Part shown: positions 8,752 to 19,317 of the stretch, in pieces | Position numbering within the stretch: the stretch's first letter is position 1 | Layout of the letters: each line of letters starts with the position of its first letter | Source of the DNA: an uncultured Eubacteriales bacterium | GTDB lineage: Bacteria; Bacillota; Clostridia; Oscillospirales; CAG-272 | Direction: 5' to 3' | Assembly (NCBI GenBank): GCA_934402395.1 | Contig: CAKRTQ010000004.1 | Location: 65,946-129,945 of the forward strand | DNA: 64,000 nucleotides | The notes under the pieces: generated by a model | The model's database searches: none | Seen by the model: only the letters and a program-made list of their open reading frames with translations | Told to the model about the DNA's origin: nothing | Program-made: the position numbers and the translations under genes

Positions 8752-9615
8752 TCAGCTCCAGCGACGCTTTTCAAGCGACTGGACGGTAAGAAATACAAAG
8801 AATACGATTATTGAAAGATAGTAAACAACGGCTGTGAGGTCAAAAATTCCGGTCACAAAAACATCAAAACGGTCAAAGACCGCCAGATACGAGATGAGTT
8901 TTGGGAAAAGTCCGGCGAACAGATCCTTTTTTACCAAGAAAACGATACAGGTCGGAATTATTACCGTTCCGGCGCCTATCACGCCGACAAGAGAGTCGTG
9001 TGTGAGCGCGCGAAGCACCAGTCCCAGCACGGCTCCGATAAGGATGAAAGCAAGGAACGACGCTATGGCGGTGGACGGAATGAGGGAAGAAAGTCCAGTC
9101 ATGAGGTAAAGCGCGAGTATAACGCCGAAGCTCGTCACGGCGGCGATTATCTGGCTTTCGGTCAGTGAGGACATGAACATACATATTGCTATGAGCGCTG
9201 CGCCGAGCAGGAAAAAGCCGAGCAGGGCGGCATAGCACGTTCCGTATCTGATTATACCGAACAGGCTGAGCACAACTGGGACAAATCCCATCCCCACGCA
9301 GGCGATGAGAAGGACGGCGACCATTGAAAAATATTTGCCGAGAACTATGTCAACGGTGCTGATGGGCAGGGAATAGAGAAGCTGATCGGTGCGGGAGCGC
9401 TTTTCCTCTGCGATCGAACGCATGGCAAGCACCGGTACGATGAGCATGAATATTATTGTGATGTTGCCGAGCACATACTCAAAGCTTGCCGATTGCGAGC
9501 GAAGATTCAACGCCGTGGTGAATATTCCGGTAAATGCAAATATCACGGCGAGAAAAATATATCCCGTCATGTTGTTGAAGTAAGATTTTATCTCACGCCT
9601 GAAGATCGCGTTCAT
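8752..9615 (-). CDS. ABC-2 family transporter permease
   Basis: This is a polytopic hydrophobic 287-aa protein with about 6 TM segments. Its start overlaps the upstream ATPase stop by 4 nt (9612-9615). Confidence 0.75.
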   Translation of the reverse strand: MNAIFRREIKSYFNNMTGYIFLAVIFAFTGIFTTALNLRSQSASFEYVLGNITIIFMLIVPVLAMRSIAEEKRSRTDQLLYSLPISTVDIVLGKYFSMVAVLLIACVGMGFVPVVLSLFGIIRYGTCYAALLGFFLLGAALIAICMFMSSLTESQIIAAVTSFGVILALYLMTGLSSLIPSTAIASFLAFILIGAVLGLVLRALTHDSLVGVIGAGTVIIPTCIVFLVKKDLFAGLFPKLISYLAVFDRFDVFVTGIFDLTAVVYYLSIIVFFVFLTVQSLEKRRWS

Positions 9616-10724
9616 TGATTGTCACCCTCGCTTTCGTTTCCAGCGGCACCGAACTGCGGGGTATAGCTGTCGGCGTCCTCGGTCTTTTTATCATTTTTTC
9701 GTGCAAACAGACGGCGGCGGGGCTTTTCTTCGTGCGCCGGTTCGTCCACGGACTCGGGAGCGTTTTTGTCGTCGGTCAGAGCAAGGAATATGTCCTCAAG
9801 CGTAAGCACATGATATACCATTTCGATAACGGGCATACGCTTATCGGAAAAAGCAAAGAATATATCGTCGCGCACATCGCGCTCCTTTGCTGTTTTGAGC
9901 ATGACTGAGGTAACGCCGCCTTCCTCGGTGCAAGAGATCGAAATGATCCCCGCAACGCCGGAAAGGACCCGCTTCACATCGGCTGCACTGCCGCGCACCT
10001 TCAGCAGCAGCTCATTTGCGCTGTTGACCGATGCTTCAAGATTTTCGATCGAGTCGTCGGCAACGAGTCTGCCGTGCGAAATGATCATTACATGGTCGCA
10101 GACTGCGCTGATCTCGGCGAGTATGTGACTGCTCAGAATAACGGTCTTTATGGTCCCGAGTTTTTTGATGAGGTCGCGTATCTCTATTATCTGCTTGGGG
10201 TCAAGACCGACGGTCGGTTCATCCAGAATTATAACGTCGGGATCGCCGAGCATCGCTTCTGCTATGCCGACGCGCTGGCGGTAGCCCTTTGACAGGTTTT
10301 TCATGAGCCTGTCCGAAACATCTTCAATGCCGGTAAGTTGCATTACTTCCTTGACCTGCCGCAGTGCCGCTTCAAAGGACATTCCCTTGGCGTGCGCCAC
10401 AAAGTCAAGGTACTCAGCCGCTGTCATGTCGGTGTAAAGCGGTGGCTGCTCCGGCAGATACCCTATATGGCGTTTGGCTTCGCGCGGCTCTTCGAAAATG
10501 TCGTGCCCGTCAATGAGAACACTACCCGATGTTGCCGCAAGACATCCCGTCATCATGTTCATTGTGGTTGATTTGCCCGCACCGTTCGGTCCGAGCAACC
10601 CGTAGATCTTGCCCTTCTCAATCGTAAAGGAAAGATCGTTTACGGCAAGGTGATCGCCGTATTTTTTTGTGAGATTACGAACTTCGATCAAAACGCTGTT
10701 CCTCCGGTCGTGATTTTTATTCAA
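9612..10724 (-). CDS. ABC transporter ATP-binding protein with charged C-terminal tail
   Basis: Walker A is GPNGAGKST, the signature is LSKGYRQRVGIA, Walker B is VIILDEPTVGLD and the H-loop is SSHIL. About 55 aa of low-complexity charged tail follows the NBD and accessory domain. Confidence 0.9.
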   Translation of the reverse strand: MNKNHDRRNSVLIEVRNLTKKYGDHLAVNDLSFTIEKGKIYGLLGPNGAGKSTTMNMMTGCLAATSGSVLIDGHDIFEEPREAKRHIGYLPEQPPLYTDMTAAEYLDFVAHAKGMSFEAALRQVKEVMQLTGIEDVSDRLMKNLSKGYRQRVGIAEAMLGDPDVIILDEPTVGLDPKQIIEIRDLIKKLGTIKTVILSSHILAEISAVCDHVMIISHGRLVADDSIENLEASVNSANELLLKVRGSAADVKRVLSGVAGIISISCTEEGGVTSVMLKTAKERDVRDDIFFAFSDKRMPVIEMVYHVLTLEDIFLALTDDKNAPESVDEPAHEEKPRRRLFARKNDKKTEDADSYTPQFGAAGNESEGDNQ

Positions 10725-10832
10725 TATACATATTATATTTATAAACTATCCGTGTGTCAAGTGATTGATATAACTTTGAGGACTTTGTGAATTCGCGGGG
10801 TAAATAATTTGGGCTGTCACGGGAAAAATATA

Positions 10833-10860
10833 TTGACTAAACCAAAAAAAGTTGTATAAT
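10833..10860 (+). promoter_or_regulatory. sigma-A type promoter upstream of glgB
   Basis: TTGACT - 16 nt - TATAAT, lying 40 nt upstream of the glgB ATG. A GAGGAG SD precedes the start. Confidence 0.55.
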
Positions 10861-10899
10861 TAAAGTGTAGAAGTATATCAAGAGGAGACGTGCGGCGAT

Positions 10900-12897
10900 A
10901 TGGCAATCAGTGATGATAAAAAAATCGGCACAGTCGGTGCGGAGGAGGAGCTTCCGGTATATCTTTTCCATCAGGGAACGAACTGCCGCGCTTACGAGTA
11001 TCTCGGTGCGCACCCGTCGGGCGGCGGATTTGTTTTCCGCGTGTGGGCGCCGAATGCCGCTGCGGTCTCGGTGACCGGGGATTTCGACGACTGGCGCGGC
11101 ACGCTTGCGATGACGCGCATAAGCGAAGGCGGCGTCTGGGAGGCATACGGCAGCGGCGAGGGGTTCGTGAAGGGAGCACGGTATAAATATCTCATTACAG
11201 CCCGTGACGGCAGAAAGCTTTACAAAGCCGATCCGTACGCTTTTGCAGCGGAATGTCCGCCGGATACCGCATCGCTGATGTACGGCATACCCGAGCACGA
11301 GTGGCATGACGGCGGATGGATGGCGGCGCGTCCCGATGCGCGTATGACCGACCGCCCGATAAATATTTACGAGCTTCAGCTCTCCTCATGGATGCGCCGT
11401 GAGGACGGCAGCGTGCTTTCATACGCCGAGCTGGCGCGCGAGCTTGCTCCGTATGTCAAGCAGATGGGCTACACGCATATAGAGCTTTTGCCGATAACGG
11501 AATATCCTTTTGACGGCTCATGGGGCTATCAGGTCACGGGGTATTATGCTCCGACGGCACGCCACGGACGCCCCGAGGACTTTATGGGCTTTGTGGATTC
11601 AATGCACGAGGCAGGCGTGGGAGTGATCCTCGACTGGGTGCCGGCGCATTTTCCCAAGGATGCGCACGGGCTTTACGAGTTCGACGGCTGCCCGCTTTAC
11701 GAATATCAGGGAGCCGACCGCATGGAGCATGCGGGATGGGGAACGCGCCGCTTTGATGTCGGCAGATGCGAGGTCGAAAGCTTTCTTGTTTCCGATGCCT
11801 GCTTCTGGGCTGAAAAATACCATGTGGATGGACTCAGAGTGGACGCTGTGGCATCCATGCTCTACCTTGATTACGACCGTGCGCCGGGCGAGTGGATACC
11901 CAACGTATACGGCGATAACCGCTGCCTTGAGGCGATCGCCTTTTTCCGTAAGCTTAACGGAACCATGGCGCATTTTCATCCCGGCGTGATGATGATAGCG
12001 GAGGAATCCACCGCGTGGGGGAATCTTACGACATTTGACAACGGCGGACTGGGTTTTTCCTTCAAGTGGAACATGGGGTGGATGAACGACACGCTTTCCT
12101 ACGCGCTCACCGACCCGATATTCAGAAAATATCATCACGAAAAGCTGACGTTCTCAATGATGTACGCATTCGGCGAAAGATATATCCTGCCCATTTCGCA
12201 TGACGAGGTGGTACACGGTAAAAAGTCGCTGCTTGACCGCATGCCGGGCGATTACTGGCAGAAGTTTGCGGGAACAAGACTTTTCCTTGCCTATATGATG
12301 ACCCACCCCGGAAAGAAGCTGCTCTTCATGGGGTGCGAGATAGGTCAGTTCCGCGAATGGGATTTTGCGGGGGCTGTTGAGTGGTTTCTGCTCGATTATG
12401 AAGCGCACGCAAAGCTGCAGCTGTATGCCGCAGAGCTGAATCATATTTATCTTTCGTCGCATGAGCTGTGGGAGCAGGATACGTCATGGGACGGCTTCGA
12501 GTGGATCGACGCCGACAACAAAGACCAAAGCATCATAACATTCCTGCGCCGCGCAGGTAACGGCGACGAATTGCTCATCGTGCTCAATTTCACTCCGGAA
12601 GCGTATGAAGACTTCCGCATCGGCGTGCCGGCTTCTGCGGTATACAGCGAGCTTATTTCGTCGGACAGCGAACGCTACGGCGGTTCGGGAGTGCATAACG
12701 ACGGCGAAATAAAAGCATCCGATACGCCGTGGAACGGCAGGGACTATTCGGTGACGCTCAGGATCCCCCCTCTCGGAGGTCTGATACTGAAAAGAAAAAA
12801 GCTTTTGCCGGTTTCAAAAAGAAAAACGGGAAAAAACGCACGAAAAAACAGCAAAATCTCAGCCGACGGTCATACTGCCGGTGAATGTGAATTATAA
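10900..12897 (+). CDS. glgB: 1,4-alpha-glucan branching enzyme
   Basis: GH13 blocks DWVPAHF, GLRVDAVASM, MIAEEST and ISHDEV are present. The N-terminal CBM48-like region is FRVWAPNA. Confidence 0.95.
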   Translation: MAISDDKKIGTVGAEEELPVYLFHQGTNCRAYEYLGAHPSGGGFVFRVWAPNAAAVSVTGDFDDWRGTLAMTRISEGGVWEAYGSGEGFVKGARYKYLITARDGRKLYKADPYAFAAECPPDTASLMYGIPEHEWHDGGWMAARPDARMTDRPINIYELQLSSWMRREDGSVLSYAELARELAPYVKQMGYTHIELLPITEYPFDGSWGYQVTGYYAPTARHGRPEDFMGFVDSMHEAGVGVILDWVPAHFPKDAHGLYEFDGCPLYEYQGADRMEHAGWGTRRFDVGRCEVESFLVSDACFWAEKYHVDGLRVDAVASMLYLDYDRAPGEWIPNVYGDNRCLEAIAFFRKLNGTMAHFHPGVMMIAEESTAWGNLTTFDNGGLGFSFKWNMGWMNDTLSYALTDPIFRKYHHEKLTFSMMYAFGERYILPISHDEVVHGKKSLLDRMPGDYWQKFAGTRLFLAYMMTHPGKKLLFMGCEIGQFREWDFAGAVEWFLLDYEAHAKLQLYAAELNHIYLSSHELWEQDTSWDGFEWIDADNKDQSIITFLRRAGNGDELLIVLNFTPEAYEDFRIGVPASAVYSELISSDSERYGGSGVHNDGEIKASDTPWNGRDYSVTLRIPPLGGLILKRKKLLPVSKRKTGKNARKNSKISADGHTAGECEL

Positions 12898-12951
12898 TTT
12901 AGTATGCAGGATCATAAAACAACAAAAGAACAAGAAAGGAAAGTTTTTGGT

Positions 12952-14136
12952 ATGTACAGAAAAAAAGAATGTGTTGCCATGCTGCTCGCGGGCGGACAGG
13001 GCAGCAGACTTTACGCGCTGACCTCAAAGCTCGCCAAACCCGCCGTTCCGTTCGGCGGAAAATACCGCATTATCGACTTTACTCTCTCCAACTGTGTCAA
13101 TTCCGGGATAGATACCGTGGGCGTTCTCACGCAGTATCAGCCGCTCCTGCTCAATGATTATATCGGCAACGGGTTGCCGTGGGATCTCGACCGCACCTTC
13201 GGCGGCGTAAAGATACTTCCGCCGTATCAGGGAAAGAAATCCGCCGACTGGTACCGCGGGACCGCAAACGCGATCTATCAGAATATAGAATTCATAGACA
13301 GATATGACCCCGACTATGTTCTTGTGCTTTCGGGCGACCATATCTACAAGATGGATTATTCAAAAATGCTTGCCGCGCACAAAAAGAAGGGTGCCGACTG
13401 CACTATCGCCGTTATCGAGGTGCCTCTCAGCGAGGCAAGCCGCTTCGGTATCATGACGACGGACGAAGATGACCGCATAACAAAGTTCTCCGAAAAGCCC
13501 AAAAATCCCGACAGCACTAAGGCGTCTATGGGCATATACATCTTCAATAAGGAGATGCTCTTCAAGTATCTCCGCGCAGACGAAGCGGATGAAACGTCAA
13601 GCAACGATTTCGGAAAAAATGTTATTCCCGCCATGCTTGCCGCAGGCGAAAAGATGTATGCATATCCATTCAGCGGATACTGGAAGGATGTGGGTACTAT
13701 CCGTTCGCTGTGGGAGGCAAACATGGATATGCTCGGCGACAGCCCGGCGCTTCAGCTCGGCGATGACAAGTGGCGCATATATTCGCGCCACGATGCGCGT
13801 GCGCCTCACTATGTGGCGGCAGGTGCGGTCGTTGAGAATTCCTCCATCACCGAGGGCTGCGAGATACGCGGCACGGTGCGCGGTTCGGTGCTCGGCGTGG
13901 GCGTAAAGGTCATGGCAGGGGCATCTGTGATCGACTCGGTGGTCATGAGCGATGTGACTGTCAAGGCAGGAGCATCCGTTTCATATTCGATAATCGATTC
14001 CCGCGCCGTCATAGGCGAGGGCACGGTGGTCGGTGCGCCGGAAAGCACCGGTGCGGAGATAACCGTGGTAGGCTCCGATGCCGTCGTTCCCGCAGGCGGG
14101 AAGGTAGCGCCGGGCGCAATGCTTTCCGCCAACTGA
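12952..14136 (+). CDS. glgC: glucose-1-phosphate adenylyltransferase
   Basis: The N-terminal motif is [13 protein letters not shown]...[16 protein letters not shown], followed by a C-terminal left-handed beta-helix repeat. The ATG at 12952 follows AAAGGAAAG, whereas the 12904 start lacks an SD. Confidence 0.9.
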   Translation: MYRKKECVAMLLAGGQGSRLYALTSKLAKPAVPFGGKYRIIDFTLSNCVNSGIDTVGVLTQYQPLLLNDYIGNGLPWDLDRTFGGVKILPPYQGKKSADWYRGTANAIYQNIEFIDRYDPDYVLVLSGDHIYKMDYSKMLAAHKKKGADCTIAVIEVPLSEASRFGIMTTDEDDRITKFSEKPKNPDSTKASMGIYIFNKEMLFKYLRADEADETSSNDFGKNVIPAMLAAGEKMYAYPFSGYWKDVGTIRSLWEANMDMLGDSPALQLGDDKWRIYSRHDARAPHYVAAGAVVENSSITEGCEIRGTVRGSVLGVGVKVMAGASVIDSVVMSDVTVKAGASVSYSIIDSRAVIGEGTVVGAPESTGAEITVVGSDAVVPAGGKVAPGAMLSAN

Positions 14137-14185
14137 GCGGGAAGCCGGCTTGACTGCAGTAAATTATAAAAACGGAGGAAGCAAA

Positions 14186-15319
14186 ATGACAGCCGCAGGA
14201 ATAGTATTTTCAAATATTCACGATGAAAGTCTGCCCGAGCTCACACGCCTTCGCACAATGGCAAGCGTTCCGTTCGGCGGCAGATACCGTCTTATCGACT
14301 TCGCGCTTTCCAATATGGTCAACTCCGGCATATCGAAGGTCGGAGTGATAACCCACTATAATTATCAGTCTCTGCTCGATCACATAGGTACGGGTAAGGA
14401 CTGGGACCTTGCCCGGCGTTCGGGCGGTATAAAGATACTTCCGCCATTTATCACGGCATATGATGCCAAGGGCGTGGGACAGCTTTACAGCACGCGTCTT
14501 GAGGCTCTGCTCGGCGTGGTGAATTTCATATCCCGCTGCACAGAGGACGTTATCGTGCTTTCTGACTGTGACACGATATGCAATATCGATATTTCCGATG
14601 TGATCGACCGCCACGAGGAGACCGGTGCCGATTTCACCGTGGTCGTAAAGCGCATCGATCACGGCGGAATCAGCTCGCCGAGGCATTCGGTGATCTTCTC
14701 GGATGCCGAGGACAGGATCACCGACGCAACGGAATTTTCGGATGATATACGTCCCGGGCAGGAGATAAGCACCAACATCATGGTAATAAACCGTATGTAT
14801 CTGCTCAACCTGCTAGGCGATGCCGCCGCGCACGGATACACAAGCTTTTTCCGCGATCTTATAGCGCGCAATATTCACCGCGCCAACTATCGCGTTTACC
14901 ATTACGACGGTTACTACGCGCTCGTTTCATCGCTGGCGGGGTATTTCGACTGCTCTATGCAGCTGCTCCGCGCGGATGTACGCGACGCGCTTTTCGGCGT
15001 GGCTGAAAGACCTGTTTACACCAAAGTACGCAACTCCGCTCCCACGATATACCGCACCGGTTCATCTGTCGGTAACACCCTTATCGCCGACGGCTGCATA
15101 ATCGAAGGCAACGTTGAAAATTCAATAATCTTCCGCGGCGTGAAGGTGGGACGCGGCAGCGTGGTGCGCAACTCCATACTGCTTCAGGACACCGTTGTGG
15201 GCTCCGGCGTGTCGCTCAACTGCGTGGTCACAGACAAGAATACCGTAATACGCGATGGGCGCGTTCTTTCGGGGCACGAGTCGATGCCGTTCTTTATCGG
15301 GAAAGGAATAATGGTCTGA
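14186..15319 (+). CDS. glgD: glucose-1-phosphate adenylyltransferase regulatory subunit GlgD
   Basis: It is a GlgC paralog (SVPFGGRYRLIDFALSNMVNSG) lacking the GGxGxR nucleotide loop. It sits between glgC and glgA, as in Bacillus/Clostridia glg operons. The ATG at 14186 follows GGAGGAAG. Confidence 0.85.
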   Translation: MTAAGIVFSNIHDESLPELTRLRTMASVPFGGRYRLIDFALSNMVNSGISKVGVITHYNYQSLLDHIGTGKDWDLARRSGGIKILPPFITAYDAKGVGQLYSTRLEALLGVVNFISRCTEDVIVLSDCDTICNIDISDVIDRHEETGADFTVVVKRIDHGGISSPRHSVIFSDAEDRITDATEFSDDIRPGQEISTNIMVINRMYLLNLLGDAAAHGYTSFFRDLIARNIHRANYRVYHYDGYYALVSSLAGYFDCSMQLLRADVRDALFGVAERPVYTKVRNSAPTIYRTGSSVGNTLIADGCIIEGNVENSIIFRGVKVGRGSVVRNSILLQDTVVGSGVSLNCVVTDKNTVIRDGRVLSGHESMPFFIGKGIMV

Positions 15320-15320
15320 T

Positions 15321-16820
15321 ATGGCGAAAAATACTAAAACAGCCGTCACGACCGGAAAGACGGAAAAAAAGAAGATACTTTTTGTCGGTGCCGAGGTAAT
15401 GCCTTTTGCAGCCACCGGCGGTCTCGGTGATGTGTTGGGTTCACTGCCCGAAGCGCTTGCGGCATATGACCCTATGCTCGATGTGAGAGTCGTGATGCCG
15501 CTTTACAGCGCGATAGGGGATAAATACCGCAGTGAAATGAAGACAGAGGCGGTGTTTACCGTATCGCTTGCGTGGCGTCGTCAGTACTGCGGCGTACTGA
15601 GCCTTGAAAAAAACGGGGTGAAGTATTATTTTGTAGATAACGAGTATTATTTCAAACGTTCCGGGCTTTACGGGCAGTATGACGACGGCGAAAGATACGC
15701 ATTTTTCTGCACTGCTGTGATGGATATGATGCCGGTCCTCGGGTATTTTCCCGATATTATGCATGCTCATGACTGGCAGGCGGCACTTTCGGTGATATAT
15801 CTCAGCCGCAAATACCGCCGCGATGCGCGCTGGAGCGCAATGAAGAGCGTGTTTACGATCCACAATATCGAATACCAGGGAAAGTATGATTTTTATATTC
15901 TCGGGGATGTGTTCGGTCTTTCGGATTATGACCGCGAAACGGTGGAGTGGGACGGCTGCATCAATCTGATGAAGGGAGCCGTCGTGTGCGCCGACCGTGT
16001 GAGCACAGTAAGCCCGCGCTACGCAGAGGAGATAATGCGTCCCGAATTCGCGCACGGGCTTGACGGGATCCTGCGTGGGAATTCCGGTAAGTTGCGCGGT
16101 ATTCTCAACGGGATAGATTATTCATATTACGATCCCGCGACCGACCCGGTGCTTGCGGCAAACTATTCGGCTGCGGACGCGGCGGGAAAATATATCTGCC
16201 GCACATCGCTCCGCGCGGACCTTTCGCTGCCCGATGATGGGGACCGTCCGCTCATAGCGGTGATATCCCGCCTTGCATCCCACAAGGGACTTGACCTTGT
16301 GCGAGAAGCGCTTCGTGGGATACTGCGCGACACGGGAGCACAGTTTGTGGTGCTCGGAAAGGGCGAGGCGCAATACGAAGATTTCTTCCGTTCGCTGGAG
16401 CACGAATTCCCCGACAGCGCACGCGCGCTCATCACCTATGACCGCGATCTTTCGCGCCGCATATATGCGGCGGCGGATATATTCCTCATGCCGTCAAAAA
16501 GCGAACCGTGCGGACTTTCGCAGATGATAGCCTCGCGCTACGGTGCGATCCCGGTCGTGCGTGAGACCGGCGGACTTTATGACTCCATCTGCGGCTGGTG
16601 GGAGGACGGCGAGGGGAATATGCACGGCAACGGCTTCACCTTTGCCGGTTACACCTCGGGTGAGCTTTATGAGCGCACATGCGCCGCAATATCGCTCTGG
16701 CGCGATACCGCAAAACGTAAAAAATTTATTGAAAAGATAATGAGCGTCGATTTTTCATGGCGTGCGTCAGCCGCCGAGTATGCGTCCATGTATGCATCCA
16801 TGGATGCGCCGCTTGAATGA
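15321..16820 (+). CDS. glgA: glycogen synthase
   Basis: The N-terminal motif is ILFVGAEVMPFAATGGLGDV (a KTGGL-type motif), and the C-terminal block is PSKSEPCGLSQM. Confidence 0.95.
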   Translation: MAKNTKTAVTTGKTEKKKILFVGAEVMPFAATGGLGDVLGSLPEALAAYDPMLDVRVVMPLYSAIGDKYRSEMKTEAVFTVSLAWRRQYCGVLSLEKNGVKYYFVDNEYYFKRSGLYGQYDDGERYAFFCTAVMDMMPVLGYFPDIMHAHDWQAALSVIYLSRKYRRDARWSAMKSVFTIHNIEYQGKYDFYILGDVFGLSDYDRETVEWDGCINLMKGAVVCADRVSTVSPRYAEEIMRPEFAHGLDGILRGNSGKLRGILNGIDYSYYDPATDPVLAANYSAADAAGKYICRTSLRADLSLPDDGDRPLIAVISRLASHKGLDLVREALRGILRDTGAQFVVLGKGEAQYEDFFRSLEHEFPDSARALITYDRDLSRRIYAAADIFLMPSKSEPCGLSQMIASRYGAIPVVRETGGLYDSICGWWEDGEGNMHGNGFTFAGYTSGELYERTCAAISLWRDTAKRKKFIEKIMSVDFSWRASAAEYASMYASMDAPLE

Positions 16821-16855
16821 TAGCGCGTCGCTTTTTATCGGAGGAAGTATTAAAA

Positions 16856-19306
16856 GTGAACTACAATCCCAAACCCAGAGAAGTCAAAGAAAACATCGAA
16901 CAAAAGCTTATGCGTCTTTTCGGCACAACGCCTGCCGAGGCAACGCACGATCAGGTCTACAAGGCGGTCGCGCATACAGTCAAGGATATCCTTGCCGACA
17001 AGCGTACACGCTTCAGCGAACGCGTAAAGAAGACCGGCGAAAAGCAGGTCTACTATATGTGCATGGAATTCCTGCTCGGACGCTCGCTCAAAAACAATCT
17101 TTCAAACCTCGGTCTTGTTGACGCGTATTCCGAAGCGCTCGGAAAAATGGGCGTGAGCCTTGACGATCTTTATGATTGCGAGCCCGATGCGGGACTCGGC
17201 AACGGAGGTCTCGGCAGACTTGCCGCTTGCTTTATGGATTCGCTGGCGTCGCTTGAATATCCCGCCTGCGGATTTTCGATACTCTACGAATACGGACTTT
17301 TCAGACAGAAGATAGTTGACGGTCTGCAGGTGGAAATGCCCGACATCTGGCTGCCGGGCGGCGAGGTGTGGCTCGAGCCGCGCACCGACCGTATATTTAC
17401 CGTCAAATTCGGCGGCAGGATAAAGGAAAACTGGAACGACGGTCATCTTGAAATAATTTACGAGGGCGCCGACGAGGTCGAGGCGGTCCCTTACGATATG
17501 CTGATATCCGGCGGCGATTCCGACGGCGTGAGCCGCCTGCGCCTGTGGCGCGCACGCGACACACGGTCGTTCAATATGGGGCTCTTCACGCAGGGACAGT
17601 ATACCCGTGCGCTTGAGGAAAGCAACAATGCCGAAATAATCTCAAAGGTGCTCTATCCGTCCGACAACCATACAGAGGGCAAGCTTCTGAGGCTCACTCA
17701 GCAGTATTTCCTGACATCGGCATCGGTGCAGAACATTATCCGCGACCATATGGCAGTATACCGCAATATCGAAACGCTGCCCGATAAGGTAGCCATCCAC
17801 ATCAACGACACTCACCCCGCGCTCGTCATCCCCGAACTCATGCGCATTCTGATGGATGAGTATTTCCTCTCATGGGAGAAGGCGTGGGACATCACTGTCC
17901 GCACCGTGTCGTACACCAACCATACCGTCATGCCCGAGGCACTTGAAAAGTGGAGCGAGGATATTTTCGGACTCAAGCTGCCGCGCATCCACATGATAGT
18001 CAAGGAGATAAACGAGCGTTTCAGCCGCGAGGCTTGGAATGCCTATCCCGGCAACTGGAACCGCATTGCGGGCATGAGCATACTGAGCTACGGTCAGGTC
18101 AACATGGCAAACCTCGCCGTGGTAGGTTCGCATTCGATAAACGGTGTGTCAAAACTTCATTCGGAGATACTCACCGAGTCGATATTCAAGAGCTTTTACC
18201 GTATGTATCCCGAACGCTTTACCAACGTGACGAACGGTGTGGCTCACCGCCGGTGGCTCTGCTATTCAAATCCGCGCCTTGCCGCACTGCTTGATGAATG
18301 CATAGGAACTGCTTACCGCAAGGACCCGGAGCAGCTTGCCGACTTTGCCAAATATGCCGACGATGCGTCGGTGCTTGAACGTCTGCGCGACATCAAGCAT
18401 GAAAACAAAAAGGACTTTTCCGCTTTTATGATGAAGCGTGCGGGTGTTTCCATTGACACGCACTCGGTCTTCGATGTTCAGATAAAGAGACTGCACGAAT
18501 ACAAGCGGCAGCTGCTCAATGTGCTCAATATAATCGGAATATACCTTGATCTCTGCGACGATCCGAACCTTGACGTCCGTCCGCGCACATATATATTCGG
18601 CGCAAAGGCGGCTCCGGGATATCAGATGGCAAAGCGTATAATCCAGCTCATCTGTATGCTGTCACGCGAGATCGAAAACACCCCCGGTGTACGTGATAAG
18701 CTTAAGGTCGTGTTCCTTGAAAACTACGATGTAACGACTGCCGAGGCACTCATTCCCGCGGCCGAGATAAGCGAACAGCTTTCAATGGCCGGCAAGGAGG
18801 CATCGGGCACCGGCTGCATGAAGCTCATGCTCAACGGTGCGCTCACCATAGGCACTCTTGACGGCGCAAACATCGAAATGCTCGGCGCAGTTGGCAAGGA
18901 TAATATATTCATTTTCGGACTTACAAGCGCCGAGGTCGCCGACCTGTGGCTGTCCGGGTACAATTCCGCGCTTTACTATGCGCGTAATGACCGGCTGCAC
19001 CGTATAGTTGACAGGCTGAACGCCGGTTTTGCGGGCGAATCCTTCTCCGATATCGTCCAGTATCTTATTTCCGGCCACGGCATCGCCGACCCGTATATGT
19101 GCCTTGCGGATTTCGAATCCTACCATCAGGCGCAGGAGCGTGCATTTGCCGCTTTTGCCGACCGTGAGGACTGGAGCCGCCGCTCGCTCATCAATATCGC
19201 CAAGGGCGGTCACTTTGCCGCCGACCGTGCGGTAAAGGAATATGCCGACCGCATATGGCATATCCACAGCCTTGCCGGGCGCGCGACCGACAGATCGGAT
19301 AAGTAA
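16856..19306 (+). CDS. glgP: glycogen/maltodextrin phosphorylase
   Basis: The PLP-lysine block is EASGTGCMKLMLNGALTIGTLDGANIE. The GTG at 16856 lies 10 nt after GGAGGAAG and is preferred over the ATG at 16817, which overlaps the glgA stop. Confidence 0.9.
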   Translation: MNYNPKPREVKENIEQKLMRLFGTTPAEATHDQVYKAVAHTVKDILADKRTRFSERVKKTGEKQVYYMCMEFLLGRSLKNNLSNLGLVDAYSEALGKMGVSLDDLYDCEPDAGLGNGGLGRLAACFMDSLASLEYPACGFSILYEYGLFRQKIVDGLQVEMPDIWLPGGEVWLEPRTDRIFTVKFGGRIKENWNDGHLEIIYEGADEVEAVPYDMLISGGDSDGVSRLRLWRARDTRSFNMGLFTQGQYTRALEESNNAEIISKVLYPSDNHTEGKLLRLTQQYFLTSASVQNIIRDHMAVYRNIETLPDKVAIHINDTHPALVIPELMRILMDEYFLSWEKAWDITVRTVSYTNHTVMPEALEKWSEDIFGLKLPRIHMIVKEINERFSREAWNAYPGNWNRIAGMSILSYGQVNMANLAVVGSHSINGVSKLHSEILTESIFKSFYRMYPERFTNVTNGVAHRRWLCYSNPRLAALLDECIGTAYRKDPEQLADFAKYADDASVLERLRDIKHENKKDFSAFMMKRAGVSIDTHSVFDVQIKRLHEYKRQLLNVLNIIGIYLDLCDDPNLDVRPRTYIFGAKAAPGYQMAKRIIQLICMLSREIENTPGVRDKLKVVFLENYDVTTAEALIPAAEISEQLSMAGKEASGTGCMKLMLNGALTIGTLDGANIEMLGAVGKDNIFIFGLTSAEVADLWLSGYNSALYYARNDRLHRIVDRLNAGFAGESFSDIVQYLISGHGIADPYMCLADFESYHQAQERAFAAFADREDWSRRSLINIAKGGHFAADRAVKEYADRIWHIHSLAGRATDRSDK

Positions 19307-19317
19307 GGAAATATTTC

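Noticed and set aside
10837-11307. 156-aa minus-strand ORF across the glgB promoter and start
   Set aside because: It overlaps the glgB promoter, SD and N-terminal coding region in antisense, and has no family signal.
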